DNA of 64,000 nucleotides, taken from positions 51,896 through 115,895 of the forward strand of contig JBCCEW010000014.1 of assembly GCA_039030075.1 (NCBI GenBank), given 5' to 3'. The position numbers and the translations under genes were made by a program. The DNA is from Myxococcota bacterium. GTDB lineage: Bacteria; Myxococcota_A; UBA9160; SMWR01. The notes beneath the pieces were generated by a model. It was given only the letters and a program-made list of their open reading frames with translations. It searched no databases and was not told the DNA's origin. Shown here in pieces: positions 54,772 through 64,000 of the stretch (position 1 is the first letter of the stretch; every line of letters starts with the position of its first letter).

Positions 54772-57009
54772 ATGTCGACGTCCGAAACCCACTATCACCA
54801 GTGCACGATCTGCGAGGCCGCCTGCGGCCTCATGTTCGACACCCAGGGCCGGGACGTCGTCTCGGTGCGGGGCAACCCGGACGACGTGTTCAGCCACGGC
54901 TTCATCTGCCCGAAGGGCGCCGCACTCGCCCAGCTCGACGCCGATCCCGACCGACTGCGTCAGCCCCTCGTGAAGCGGGGCGACACCCACGTCCCCGTAA
55001 CCTGGGACGAGGCCTTCGAAGCCATCGAACAGGGCATCGCACCCATCCTCGAGACCCACGGCAACGATGCGGTGGGCATCTACGCCGGCAACCCGGTCGC
55101 TCACAACACCGCACTCGCCCTCTACAGCGGGGCCCTCTACGCGGGCTTTCGGACGCGCCACCGTTACAGCGCGAGCACCGTCGACCAGATCCCGAAACAG
55201 GTCGCCGATGGGCTGATGTTCGGAACCCCGCTGAGCGTTCCGGTCCCCGACATCGATCACTGCGACTACCTGCTGATGCTCGGCGCCAACCCGATGGCCT
55301 CGAACGGCAGCCTCTGGACCGTGCCCGACTTCCGTGGACGGGCACGCAAGATGCGCGAACGCGGCGGCCGCTTGATCGTGATCGATCCCCGTCGCAGCGA
55401 GACGGCGCGGGTGGCCGACGAGCATTGGGCGATTCGCCCGGGCACGGATGCGCTGCTGCTCGCCGGCATCGCGAACGCGCTCTTCGACGAGGATCGCGTG
55501 GCTCCGGGCGCCCTCGCCGACTGGCTCGAAGGACTGGACGCCGCGCGCGACGCGATCGCGGCCTTCCGGCCCGAACTCGTCGCCGAACGCTGCGGGATTC
55601 CGGCCGAGGTGATTCGTCGCTTCGCGCGCGAACTCGCCGAGACGGACGCGGGCTGCGTCTACGGACGGATCGGCACCACCACCACTCACTTCGGCACGAC
55701 GGCGAGTTGGCTCGTCGACCTCGTGAACGTGCTGACGGGCAACCTCGACCGCCGGGGCGGCGCGATGTTCCCCAAGCCGGCCGGCTTCTCGCCGAACACC
55801 CGCGGAAAGCCCGGCGCGGGCAGCGGCGTCGCCCTGCACCGACACCGAAGCCGGGTGCGCGGCGCCCTGGAAGTGCTCGGCGAGTTCCCCTGCGCGTGCC
55901 TCGCCGAGGAGATCGAGACCCCGGGCGACGGCCAGATCCGCGCGCTCCTCACGATCGCCGGCAACCCGGTACTGAGCACGCCGAATTCCCAGCGACTGGC
56001 GCAGGCCCTCGAAGGGCTGGACTTCCAGGTGAGCATCGACATCTACCTGAACGAGACGACGCGCCACGCGGACGTGATCCTGCCGGGTCTGTCTCCGCTC
56101 GAGCAGTCCCACTACGACCACGTCTTCCCGGCGTTCTCCGTGCGGAACTGGTCGCGCTACTCGCCGCCAGTCTTCCCGGTCCCCACCGGCGCCCTGCAGG
56201 AGTGGGAGATCCTGCTGCGACTCACCGGCGTCCTGCTAGGCCAGGGCCCGAAGGCCGATCTCGCCGCCCTCGACGACTTCGCGGTACAGCGCCAGGTGGA
56301 GAGCGCGACCCGCGCAAAGCACGGCCCCCTCGCCGGCCGCGACACGGGCGAGATCCTGGCGGCCCTGGCACCGCGGCGCGGCCCCGAGCGCCTGATCGAC
56401 TTCGCGGTGCGCTCGGGCCCCTACGGCGATCACTTCGGTGCGCAGCCCGATGGGCTGACGTTGGCGAAGCTCGAAGCCAGCCCGAACGGCGTCGACCTCG
56501 GTCGGCTCGAGCCCCGCGTTCCCGAGATCCTGCGCACCCCGAGCGGCAAGATCGAGTTGGCACCCGAGGTGATCATCGACGACCTCGCGCGCCTGGCCGA
56601 GGTCCTGGCCGAAGCCGCGCCCGACCTCGTGCTCGTCGGTCGACGCCATGTGCGCTCCAACAACTCGTGGATGCACAACCTGCCGATGCTGGCGAAGGGC
56701 CCCGACCGCTGCACGCTCCAGATCCACCCGACCGATGCCTCCGAACGCGGCCTGGCACCCGAAGGTCGGGCCCGCGTGACCTCGCGGGTCGGCAGCGTCA
56801 CGGCCCCGGTGGAAGTGACCGACGACATCGCGCCGGGCGTCGTCAGTCTTCCCCATGGCTGGGGGCACGACGAGAAGGGCACGCAGCTGACGGTGGCCTC
56901 GGAGCGACCCGGCACCAACAGCAACGTCCTCACCGACGAGAGCCAGCTGGACCCGCTGTCGGGAACCGCCGTCCTGAACGGCATTCCCGTCGAGGTCGAG
57001 GCGGTCTGA
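54772..57009 (+). CDS. Molybdopterin-dependent oxidoreductase (formate dehydrogenase/BisC-like family)
   Basis: 745 aa. N-terminal Fe-S motif HQCTICEAACGL, molybdopterin oxidoreductase core, and a C-terminal molydop_binding block ARVTSRVGSVTAPVEVTDDIAPGVVSLPHGWGH. Confidence 0.85.
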   Translation: MSTSETHYHQCTICEAACGLMFDTQGRDVVSVRGNPDDVFSHGFICPKGAALAQLDADPDRLRQPLVKRGDTHVPVTWDEAFEAIEQGIAPILETHGNDAVGIYAGNPVAHNTALALYSGALYAGFRTRHRYSASTVDQIPKQVADGLMFGTPLSVPVPDIDHCDYLLMLGANPMASNGSLWTVPDFRGRARKMRERGGRLIVIDPRRSETARVADEHWAIRPGTDALLLAGIANALFDEDRVAPGALADWLEGLDAARDAIAAFRPELVAERCGIPAEVIRRFARELAETDAGCVYGRIGTTTTHFGTTASWLVDLVNVLTGNLDRRGGAMFPKPAGFSPNTRGKPGAGSGVALHRHRSRVRGALEVLGEFPCACLAEEIETPGDGQIRALLTIAGNPVLSTPNSQRLAQALEGLDFQVSIDIYLNETTRHADVILPGLSPLEQSHYDHVFPAFSVRNWSRYSPPVFPVPTGALQEWEILLRLTGVLLGQGPKADLAALDDFAVQRQVESATRAKHGPLAGRDTGEILAALAPRRGPERLIDFAVRSGPYGDHFGAQPDGLTLAKLEASPNGVDLGRLEPRVPEILRTPSGKIELAPEVIIDDLARLAEVLAEAAPDLVLVGRRHVRSNNSWMHNLPMLAKGPDRCTLQIHPTDASERGLAPEGRARVTSRVGSVTAPVEVTDDIAPGVVSLPHGWGHDEKGTQLTVASERPGTNSNVLTDESQLDPLSGTAVLNGIPVEVEAV

Positions 57010-57030
57010 TCGCCCGCCGGGCGCGGCCGC

Positions 57031-57453
57031 TCAGAGCGTCCCGGCCAGCGCCTCCCGGATCCGGACCGCCACCGCCTCCAGGGCGTCGGCCTCGCCCTGC
57101 ACCCGAGAGTGCAGCGCGAGCCCGGCCCCTTCGCGTCGGGGGATCAGGTGCATGTGGTAGTGGAAGACCGTCTGACCGGCGGCAGCGCCGTTCAGCTGGT
57201 AGACGCCGAGGCCATCCGGTGTGAACGCGGCACGGATCGCGTGGGCCAGCGGTTTCGAAGCCGCCATCACGCCCGCCAGGTCTTCGGACCTGGCCTCGAA
57301 GACGTTCTCGGCGTGGGCCTTCGGAATGATCAGGGTGTGCCCCTCCGCCACGGGGAACAGGTCGAGGACGGCCAGGATGCGCGCGTCCTCGTAGACGACG
57401 TGGGCGGGTGCCGCGCCCGCCACGATCTGGCAGAAGATGCAGCCGTCTTGCAC
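57031..57453 (-). CDS. HIT-family nucleotide hydrolase/transferase
   Basis: CIFCQIV N-terminus and histidine triad HYHMHLIPR. Confidence 0.9.
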   Translation of the reverse strand: MQDGCIFCQIVAGAAPAHVVYEDARILAVLDLFPVAEGHTLIIPKAHAENVFEARSEDLAGVMAASKPLAHAIRAAFTPDGLGVYQLNGAAAGQTVFHYHMHLIPRREGAGLALHSRVQGEADALEAVAVRIREALAGTL

Positions 57454-57575
57454 GCGCGCAGTCTACGAGACGTAAACCCCGTGTAAACGGCGGTTTCGCC
57501 TCTTTACCCGACCTTGACGGCTGCCGGCGAGCCGTCCCCATAGGCTGACCGGGAACCTTCGAAAGGAGCCCGATC

Positions 57576-58775
57576 ATGTCCACGAACCCGACTCGACGAC
57601 CCGTCTGGCAGGCCGGCCTGCTGGTCGCCCTGATCGCCGCGACCGCCTGGGCGGCCGGCGAGAACCCGCGCATTCCCACCCCACCGACCCCGAACCCGCC
57701 CCCGGTGACGCCCCCGGTGACGACGCCCTCCGAGACTCCTCGGGTCGAGGTGGCCTTCGTCCTCGACACCACCGGCTCGATGTCGGGCCTGATCGAAGGC
57801 GCGAAGCAGAAGATCTGGTCGATCGCGAACCAGCTCGCGAGCGGCCAGCCCCGCCCCGAGGTCCGCATGGCCCTGGTCGGCTATCGCGATCGCGGCGACG
57901 CCTACGTGACCCGGGTATTCCCCCTGACCGACGACATCGACGCGATCGATGCCGAGCTGCGTGCCTTCCAGGCGGCGGGCGGCGGCGACACGCCCGAGTC
58001 GGTCAACCAGGCGCTGCACGAGGCGGTGTATCACCTCGACTGGTCGAGCGACAAGGACGTCTACCGCGTGATCTTCCTGGTGGGCGACGCCCCGCCCCAC
58101 ATGGACTACCCGAACGACGTTCCCTACACGAAGACCATGGCCGCCGCTCGCAAGTTCGGCATCGTCGTGAACACCATCCAGTGCGGCGGCTACGCGTCGA
58201 CCACGCCGATCTGGCAGGAGATCGCGAGCGTCGGTGGTGGTCAGTTCGCCGCCATTCGTCAGGACGGCGGTATGCTGGCCCTGGCCACGCCGATGGACGA
58301 GGAGCTTTCCCGTCTCAACGCCGAACTAGCCGGCACCATGGTGCCCTACGGCAAGGTCGAGGAGCGCGCCGAACTCGAGGCGAAGCGCGACGCGGCCGTG
58401 GCCGCCGCACCGAGCAAAGCGGCGGCGCGCCTGGGCTTCCTCTCGAAGCTCGGGGGCAGGCTCAACGCGGGGCGGAAGGACCTCGTGGACGCGATTGCGT
58501 CGGGCAGCACCAGCCTCGACGCTCTCGAAGACGAGGCCCTGCCCGAGCCGCTCCAGGAGCTCGCGCCCGCCGAGCGCGAGGCCTACGTGAAGGAGAAACA
58601 GGAAACCCGCCAGCGGCTCCAGACGAAGATCGACGCGCTGAGCGTCGAGCGCGACGCCTACGTCAAGAAGGAGCAGGCACGCCGGGCGGCCGAAGGCGAA
58701 GGCGACGGCTTCGACGCCGAGGTGCTCGAGACCGTGCGCGAGCAGGCGGCGAAGGCCGGCATCGCCTACGAGTAG
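57576..58775 (+). CDS. Secreted vWA-domain protein with Pro-rich linker and C-terminal coiled coil
   Basis: AGGAG lies 8 nt upstream of the ATG. Signal/anchor WQAGLLVALIAATAWA, linker PTPPTPNPPPVTPPVTTPSETP, and a vWA MIDAS-like motif FVLDTTGSMSG. Confidence 0.8.
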   Translation: MSTNPTRRPVWQAGLLVALIAATAWAAGENPRIPTPPTPNPPPVTPPVTTPSETPRVEVAFVLDTTGSMSGLIEGAKQKIWSIANQLASGQPRPEVRMALVGYRDRGDAYVTRVFPLTDDIDAIDAELRAFQAAGGGDTPESVNQALHEAVYHLDWSSDKDVYRVIFLVGDAPPHMDYPNDVPYTKTMAAARKFGIVVNTIQCGGYASTTPIWQEIASVGGGQFAAIRQDGGMLALATPMDEELSRLNAELAGTMVPYGKVEERAELEAKRDAAVAAAPSKAAARLGFLSKLGGRLNAGRKDLVDAIASGSTSLDALEDEALPEPLQELAPAEREAYVKEKQETRQRLQTKIDALSVERDAYVKKEQARRAAEGEGDGFDAEVLETVREQAAKAGIAYE

Positions 58776-58833
58776 CGGGAGCGCCGGCGCGGAGAGCCCC
58801 TCTCCGCGTCGGCGGGACTCCCCCAGGCCCCCT

Positions 58834-61227
58834 TCAGCCCACTTCGGAGAGGGCAAGGGGCTCGCCCCAACGCAGGGTCACGGCCTCGCGCAGCGCGGGA
58901 TCGCGCTCGAGGCCCGGATCCCGGCGCACCGTGTCGTGGGCGGTCTCGCGCGCGACGGCCAGCCAGCGTCGATCCCGCAAGAGATCCGCGATCCGCAGAT
59001 CCGGGAGACGCCCGTGCTGGCGGGTCCCCAGAAATTCCCCCGGCCCGCGAATCCGGAGGTCGGCCTCGGCGATCGTGAAGCCGTCCGTCGTCTCGAGCAT
59101 CGCGGCCAGGCGCGCTTCACTGCCTTCGCTCGCGCCCCGCGCCACCAGCAGACAGGTGCCCGGCTTCTTGCCCCGCCCCACCCGGCCACGCAGCTGGTGC
59201 AGCTGGGCCAGTCCGAAACGCTCGGCGTGCTCGATCACCATCAAGGTCGCATTCGGGACGTCGACACCGACTTCGACCACCGTGGTCGAGACGAGCAGCT
59301 GGGTCTCTCCACGCTCGAAGCGTCCCATCGCCGCGGACCGCGCCTCAGCGTCGAGCCGACCGTGGACCAGGTCGACGCGCAGATCCGGGAACGCACTCGC
59401 GATGCGCTCTGCCGACTCACTCGCAGAGCGCAGATCGAGGCGCTCGGACTCCTCGACCAGTGGATACACCACGTACACCTGCTCGCCGCGCGCGGTGGCT
59501 TCGCGAATTGCGCGCACCACCTCGCGCCCCTCGCCCGCCCGGAGCAGCAGCGTCTGGACCGGCTGACGTCCGGGCGGCAACTCGTCCAGGACCGAGAGGT
59601 CGAGGTCGCCGTGGAGCGTCATGGCGAGGGTGCGCGGGATCGGGGTCGCCGTCATCACCAGGGTGTGGGGCCGGTAGGTCTCCCGACCGCGCAGGGCGGC
59701 ACGCTGCTTCACGCCGAAGCGGTGCTGTTCATCGACCACGACCAGCCCCCGGCTGCGAAACCCGACCGGCTCCTGCAGGAGTGCCTGGGTCCCGACGACC
59801 AGGTCGACTTCGCCGGCCGCCAGGTCGGCCTTGATCGCTTCGGCGTGGCCCGTCGTCACCGAGGAAGTCAGGAGCGCGATGCGCAGCGCACTCCCCTTCG
59901 CGAGCGAGCACAGCGTTCGGTAGTGCTGCTCGGCGAGAAGCTCGGTCGGCGCCATCAGCGCGGTCTGGTGTCCCGACTCGGCCACCGCAACCGCCGCGAG
60001 ATAGGCGAGGACGGTCTTGCCGCTGCCCACGTCTCCTTCCAGCAGCCGACTCATCGGATGGGGGCGCGCGAGATCCCCCGCGATCTCCTTCCAGACGCGC
60101 TGCTGCGCGCCGGTCAAGCGAAACGGCAAGCCGCGCAGCGCCGCCGTCAGCCGCGGGCCCTGGGTCTGTAGGGCCAGGCCGGGCGCGCGCGCCTGACGGT
60201 CGCGTCGGAGCGCGAGCCCGAGCTCGAGGAGATAGAGCTCTTCGAGAATCAAGCGCTCGTGGCCAGGGGAGCGCGCATCGCTCAGGGCGACGGCGTCGGC
60301 GTCGAGGTCGGGCAGGTGAAGCGCGCGCAGGGCTTCCGCGGGCGTCGGTAGCGATCGCTCCTGGACCAGCGCATCGGGCAGCCTTCCCGGTACCAGATCC
60401 GAAAAATCCGCGACCGCCTTCGCGACGGCCCGCCGCAGTGCGCGCGGATGCAGGCCGTCGGGCGTCGCATAGCGGGGCACGATGCGCCGCGGCACCTCGG
60501 GATCGGCCCCCTCGTCGGGTTCGGCCTGGAGCAGCTCGACCTCGGGGTGTTGGAGTTCGAGCGAGAAGCGGTAGCGCTTCACGTCCCCCGTCACGAGCAG
60601 GAGCGCTCCCTTCGCGACGGTCCGCTCGAGGGCTTCGGTGCCGCGGAACCATTTGAGCTGCACCGTGCCCGTTTCGTCGCCCACGACCGCTTCGAAGAGC
60701 CGGCCACCCCGCCCTCCCCGACCGCGCCATCCCGCGAAGCCGCTCCCGAGCACCCGCGCCACGAAGGTGGCGTGGCGGCCGACCTGGAGCGACCCGATCG
60801 TGTCGAGATGACGGCGGTCGTCGTAGCTCGCCGGTAGCCGGTAGAGGAGATCTTCGACGCTCCGAATGCCACGCTTCGCCAGTAGTTCCGCCCGGCGGGG
60901 TCCGAGCCCCGGAAGCACACTCGGCGGCTGGTTCAGGGCTTCTCGAGCGAACTCCGGCCGCGCGAAGGGAGCGAGCACCGTCAGTGCACGCTCGACCGCC
61001 GCGCGTTCTGCGCCCGGCTTGCTGGCCTTGCGGAACGCGTCCCGGACCGCCCGATACGCCTTCCGCAACTCGACCGGCACCGCGCCGTGCGAGGCGCGAT
61101 CTGCCGCCTGCTCGAGCGACGCCGCGAGGTCCACCACGCGATCCAGCTGCGCGTAGTCGTCGCGTGCCGCGAACTCCAGCGGGCGAAGCACGGCCTCGAG
61201 GGCCAGCTGGCTCGGACTCCCCTCCAC
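58834..61227 (-). CDS. recG: ATP-dependent DNA helicase RecG
   Basis: Wedge/OB region, helicase motif I GDVGSGKT, motif II VVDEQHRFG, and later QLHQLRGRVGRG. The start is uncertain; GTG 61227 (after GGAGG) is the first plausible start downstream of the preceding gene's stop. Confidence 0.85.
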   Translation of the reverse strand: MEGSPSQLALEAVLRPLEFAARDDYAQLDRVVDLAASLEQAADRASHGAVPVELRKAYRAVRDAFRKASKPGAERAAVERALTVLAPFARPEFAREALNQPPSVLPGLGPRRAELLAKRGIRSVEDLLYRLPASYDDRRHLDTIGSLQVGRHATFVARVLGSGFAGWRGRGGRGGRLFEAVVGDETGTVQLKWFRGTEALERTVAKGALLLVTGDVKRYRFSLELQHPEVELLQAEPDEGADPEVPRRIVPRYATPDGLHPRALRRAVAKAVADFSDLVPGRLPDALVQERSLPTPAEALRALHLPDLDADAVALSDARSPGHERLILEELYLLELGLALRRDRQARAPGLALQTQGPRLTAALRGLPFRLTGAQQRVWKEIAGDLARPHPMSRLLEGDVGSGKTVLAYLAAVAVAESGHQTALMAPTELLAEQHYRTLCSLAKGSALRIALLTSSVTTGHAEAIKADLAAGEVDLVVGTQALLQEPVGFRSRGLVVVDEQHRFGVKQRAALRGRETYRPHTLVMTATPIPRTLAMTLHGDLDLSVLDELPPGRQPVQTLLLRAGEGREVVRAIREATARGEQVYVVYPLVEESERLDLRSASESAERIASAFPDLRVDLVHGRLDAEARSAAMGRFERGETQLLVSTTVVEVGVDVPNATLMVIEHAERFGLAQLHQLRGRVGRGKKPGTCLLVARGASEGSEARLAAMLETTDGFTIAEADLRIRGPGEFLGTRQHGRLPDLRIADLLRDRRWLAVARETAHDTVRRDPGLERDPALREAVTLRWGEPLALSEVG

Positions 61228-61270
61228 GGCTCCTCCGCGAACGGCCTGGCGCGCCGACGCCCCTCGAAGG

Positions 61271-62734
61271 CTAGCCCGCCGCCACTCCTTCGGGGCCGAA
61301 GGACACGGGCACACCGGCGAGTTCCTCACGTTGCGCGCGCTCTGCCAGCGCGCCGCCGGCCTGGAACCCGACCGCGCGCTCGCCGCTCGGCGTATCGGCG
61401 ATGACGAGGGTGTGGGACGGTTGGTCGCCCTCGAAGACCACCGTGTGCCCAGCGACCGTGGCGGGACCCTGATAGTCGGCCACGACCGTGCGCCGTTCGG
61501 TCTGGCGCTCGACCTCGGTGCTCACGTCGTCGGCCGAGAACCCAGGGCCCGGCGTCGTCGACCAGACGCTGACGCCCTGTTTCGTGAGCATGCCGCTGAC
61601 GGCGGTCAGGAGGCCGTGTCCCCCGGACGTTCGGAGCGTCTGGGCCATGCGCACCGCGGCCTGGAGCACGAAACTGTTGAGCGGTCCCCCCGCGAAGGCC
61701 ATGCCGCCGCCGAGGGTCACGGGCGCTGTGAGGTCCAGACCGAGCTCGCGCTGCTGCACGCGGACCGCCGCCGGGAAACAGCTGTAGAGCTCGCGGTGGG
61801 CGATCTCGTCGATCCCGAGACCGGCCGCGGCGAGCGCCGTCTCGCCCGCGACGGCGAACCCGACGCAGCGGTGCAGCGCCGCCCGCTCGGCCAGGGGCAA
61901 CATGAAGTTCGACTCGGCGATCGCGCGCGGGTAGACCCACTGCGACTCGGACACACCGGCGGCCCGAGCCCGCGCCACCGAAGTGAACACGAGGCCGGCG
62001 GCCTGATCGACGTTCCACTGGCTGTTGTGCCGCTTCGTGTAGGGGAAGGCGAGCATCCGGTTGCCGGCGGCCGCGTCGCGAATCGCCTCGGGCGGAAAGA
62101 ACTCGCGGGTCCAGGCGTCCGGATTCTCCACCGACGCGCGGCTCATGCCCGACCATACCTCGGCCACCTCGTCGCGGTGGGCGGAGAGGCTCAACCCTTC
62201 GTGGGCGCGCAGCGCGTTCTCGATCACCGCATACTGGCGTACGGGCATGCCCAGGTGGGCGGCGAGCTCGGCCGGATGGATGATCTCCGCGGCCGGCGTC
62301 CAGACCTCGTCGGGCGACACGTCGCCCTGATCGGTGACCGGGGCCTCCACCCCGGCCCGCGCCGCTTGCGCCGCGCGCCACTTCGCCTCGCCCCCGGCGA
62401 CGAGCACCACCTCGCGTTCCCCCGCGGCGATCGCCGTACAGGCCTTCGCGAACAAAGTCGTCTGTAGTACGCCAACCTGGGCGAACTGGGTGCGCGCCTG
62501 CTTCGCACCGATCGTCTCGGCCACCCAGCGACCGGGGTCTGGGTAGTCCCAGAAGCCACGCGGGATGGCCAGCGCGTCGGCCGTCTCGAGCCATTCGCGG
62601 CTGCCGGCATCGGCTGCCGCTGCCTCGAGCGCCTGGGCCATCAACGCCACGGGTTCCACCGCTGCGCTCGGGTCCGCTTCGCGCTGAACCACCGAGCCGA
62701 CCCCGATCACGACGGGCGTGCGGTCGTCACTCAT
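61271..62734 (-). CDS. Thiolase-like (SCP-x/acetyl-CoA acetyltransferase-like) protein
   Basis: 487 aa. TPVVIGVGSVVQRE...VVLVAGGEAK...GGMAFAGGPLNSFVLQA resemble thiolase-fold proteins. The ATG overlaps the carB stop (ATGA). Confidence 0.6.
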   Translation of the reverse strand: MSDDRTPVVIGVGSVVQREADPSAAVEPVALMAQALEAAAADAGSREWLETADALAIPRGFWDYPDPGRWVAETIGAKQARTQFAQVGVLQTTLFAKACTAIAAGEREVVLVAGGEAKWRAAQAARAGVEAPVTDQGDVSPDEVWTPAAEIIHPAELAAHLGMPVRQYAVIENALRAHEGLSLSAHRDEVAEVWSGMSRASVENPDAWTREFFPPEAIRDAAAGNRMLAFPYTKRHNSQWNVDQAAGLVFTSVARARAAGVSESQWVYPRAIAESNFMLPLAERAALHRCVGFAVAGETALAAAGLGIDEIAHRELYSCFPAAVRVQQRELGLDLTAPVTLGGGMAFAGGPLNSFVLQAAVRMAQTLRTSGGHGLLTAVSGMLTKQGVSVWSTTPGPGFSADDVSTEVERQTERRTVVADYQGPATVAGHTVVFEGDQPSHTLVIADTPSGERAVGFQAGGALAERAQREELAGVPVSFGPEGVAAG

Positions 62735-64000
62735 GTCGCGGCGTGGATTTCTTGCAACGCGCGCACCCCGATGCTCTCGGCCTGCAACGCCCGGACGGCG
62801 CTGGCACCGGCACGGGCCGCCGCCACCGTGGTGAAGTACGGCACCGATCGCAGCAGCGCCGTGCGCCGCAGGGACGCCGAGTCCCGGACTGCCGTGGGAT
62901 CACTCGCGACCGTGTTGATCACCAGGGACACATCACCGGCCTCGATACGCTCCACCGTGTCCCGCTCGTTCGGTCCGCCACGCCCGACCTTCGGCACCGA
63001 CTCGGCGGCCACGCCCGCCTCGGCCAGCGACGCGGCCGTGCCCGGCGTGGCGAGCACCGAGAAGCCGGCCTCCCAGAGATCGCGCGCGATCGGCGCGATC
63101 GCCTCTCGATCCTCGGCCTTCACCGAGACCAGCACCGTGCCTTCCTGAGGCAGCGGATTCCCGGCCTGGATCTGGGATTTCGCGAAGGCCCGGCCGAAGT
63201 CGGAGTCGATGCCCATCACCTCGCCCGTGCTCTTCATCTCGGGCCCGAGCAGAGTGTCGGCACCGGGGAACTTCACGAAGGGGAAAACCGCCTCCTTGAC
63301 CGAATAGTGTCGGGGCCAGACCTCGTCGACGAAGCCCAGCGACTCCAGCTTCTCGCCCGACATCACCAGCGCCGCGAGCTTCGCCAGCGGTTTCCCGATG
63401 GCCTTCGAGACGAAGGGAACGGTTCGCGAGGCCCGCGGGTTCACCTCGATGACGTAGAGTGCGCTGTCCTTCACGGCGTACTGGACGTTCATCAGTCCCC
63501 GCACGCCGAGCTCCAGGGCGAGCTTGCGGGTCGATTCCAGGATCTCGTCGATCACCGGCTTCGTCAGCGAGTACGGGGGCAGCGAGCAAGCGCTATCGCC
63601 CGAGTGGACGCCCGCCTGCTCGATGTGTTCCATGATCCCACCGATCACCACGCGATCGCCGTCGCAGATCGCGTCGACGTCGACCTCCGTCGCGTCGGCG
63701 AGGAAACGGTCGACGAGGATCGGATGCTCGGGCGACGCCTGCACGGCGTAGGTCATGTAGTCGCGCAGGGAGGCCTCGTCGTGGACGATCTCCATGGCCC
63801 GGCCGCCCAGCACGTAGGAGGGCCGCACGAGCACCGGGTAGCCGATCCGCTCGGCGACCTGCACGGCTTCATCGTCGCTGCGCGCGAGTCCCGCCGGCGG
63901 CCGCTTCAGCTCGAGCTGCTCGAGGAGCGCTTCGAAGCGTTCGCGGTCCTCGGCGCGGTCGATCGCTTCGGGCGGCGTCCCGAGGATCGGTACGCCGGCC
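62731..64000 (-). CDS. carB: Carbamoyl-phosphate synthase large subunit (C-terminal part; 5' end lies outside the window)
   Basis: IGYPVLVRPSYVLGGRAMEIV, MEHIEQAGVHSGDS, the oligomerisation region and the MGS-like C-terminal domain. The reading frame stays open to the window edge. Confidence 0.95.
   Translation of the reverse strand, partial: AGVPILGTPPEAIDRAEDRERFEALLEQLELKRPPAGLARSDDEAVQVAERIGYPVLVRPSYVLGGRAMEIVHDEASLRDYMTYAVQASPEHPILVDRFLADATEVDVDAICDGDRVVIGGIMEHIEQAGVHSGDSACSLPPYSLTKPVIDEILESTRKLALELGVRGLMNVQYAVKDSALYVIEVNPRASRTVPFVSKAIGKPLAKLAALVMSGEKLESLGFVDEVWPRHYSVKEAVFPFVKFPGADTLLGPEMKSTGEVMGIDSDFGRAFAKSQIQAGNPLPQEGTVLVSVKAEDREAIAPIARDLWEAGFSVLATPGTAASLAEAGVAAESVPKVGRGGPNERDTVERIEAGDVSLVINTVASDPTAVRDSASLRRTALLRSVPYFTTVAAARAGASAVRALQAESIGVRALQEIHAAT

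Noticed and set aside
1-64000. Whole-window screen for CRISPR arrays, IS/transposase or integrase genes, rRNA and tRNA
   Set aside because: I saw no spaced direct-repeat arrays, no transposase-, integrase- or phage-like translations, and no rRNA- or tRNA-like conserved blocks. The window looks like core chromosome plus accessory biosynthetic loci.

Overview
High-GC (about 70% by eye) bacterial chromosomal window with about 57 protein-coding genes. All calls come from reading the supplied translations and the DNA by eye; no searches were run. Start codons are often GTG or TTG, and the ORF track renders these as M. I recognised no rRNA, tRNA, CRISPR array, IS or prophage. Gene order, left to right: (1) 1-6.2 kb: a PilT/PilU-family fragment, a histidine kinase whose H-box His is replaced by Arg, rpoZ, a 110-aa RKKAT-repeat histone-H1-like gene, a 30-aa bS22-like micro-ORF, a TPR protein, an acyl-CoA synthetase and a KH-domain protein. 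(2) 6.3-11.9 kb, the most interesting region: a translationally coupled minus-strand cassette of nucleotidyltransferase (NTP_transf_5-like), PqqD-like protein, radical SAM/SPASM enzyme, a hidden 61-aa three-Cys peptide ending in Ser, an HPr-kinase-like P-loop protein and an S24/S26-like peptidase. It converges on an ABC-2 exporter pair. I read it as an uncharacterised RiPP-type peptide-modification system. (3) 12-25.9 kb: joined co-directionally to that cassette, an exopolysaccharide locus (GT4, AsnB, GT2, GT4, GT-C-like protein, O-antigen-ligase-like/TPR protein, Wzc-like kinase, Wza-like exporter, OM beta-barrel, secreted hypothetical). (4) 26.4-43.8 kb: mgtE, nitronate monooxygenase-like, a divergent PP2C/patatin pair, mscL, an OmpA/vWA lipoprotein, GST-N/Grx-like, SDR, the aminotransferase-hom-thrC-ribE run, an NhaC-family transporter and a K+-independent H+-PPase. 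(5) 44-51.8 kb: a second glycoconjugate cluster (GT-C+TPR, PDZ protein, two DPM1/Ppm1-like GT2 paralogues flanking GT4, a flippase-like protein and a methyltransferase). (6) 51.8-64 kb: a short LeuA-like synthase, amidase, molybdopterin oxidoreductase, HIT, secreted vWA protein, recG, a thiolase-like protein and a carB fragment. The many long antisense ORFs in the track are high-GC artefacts.
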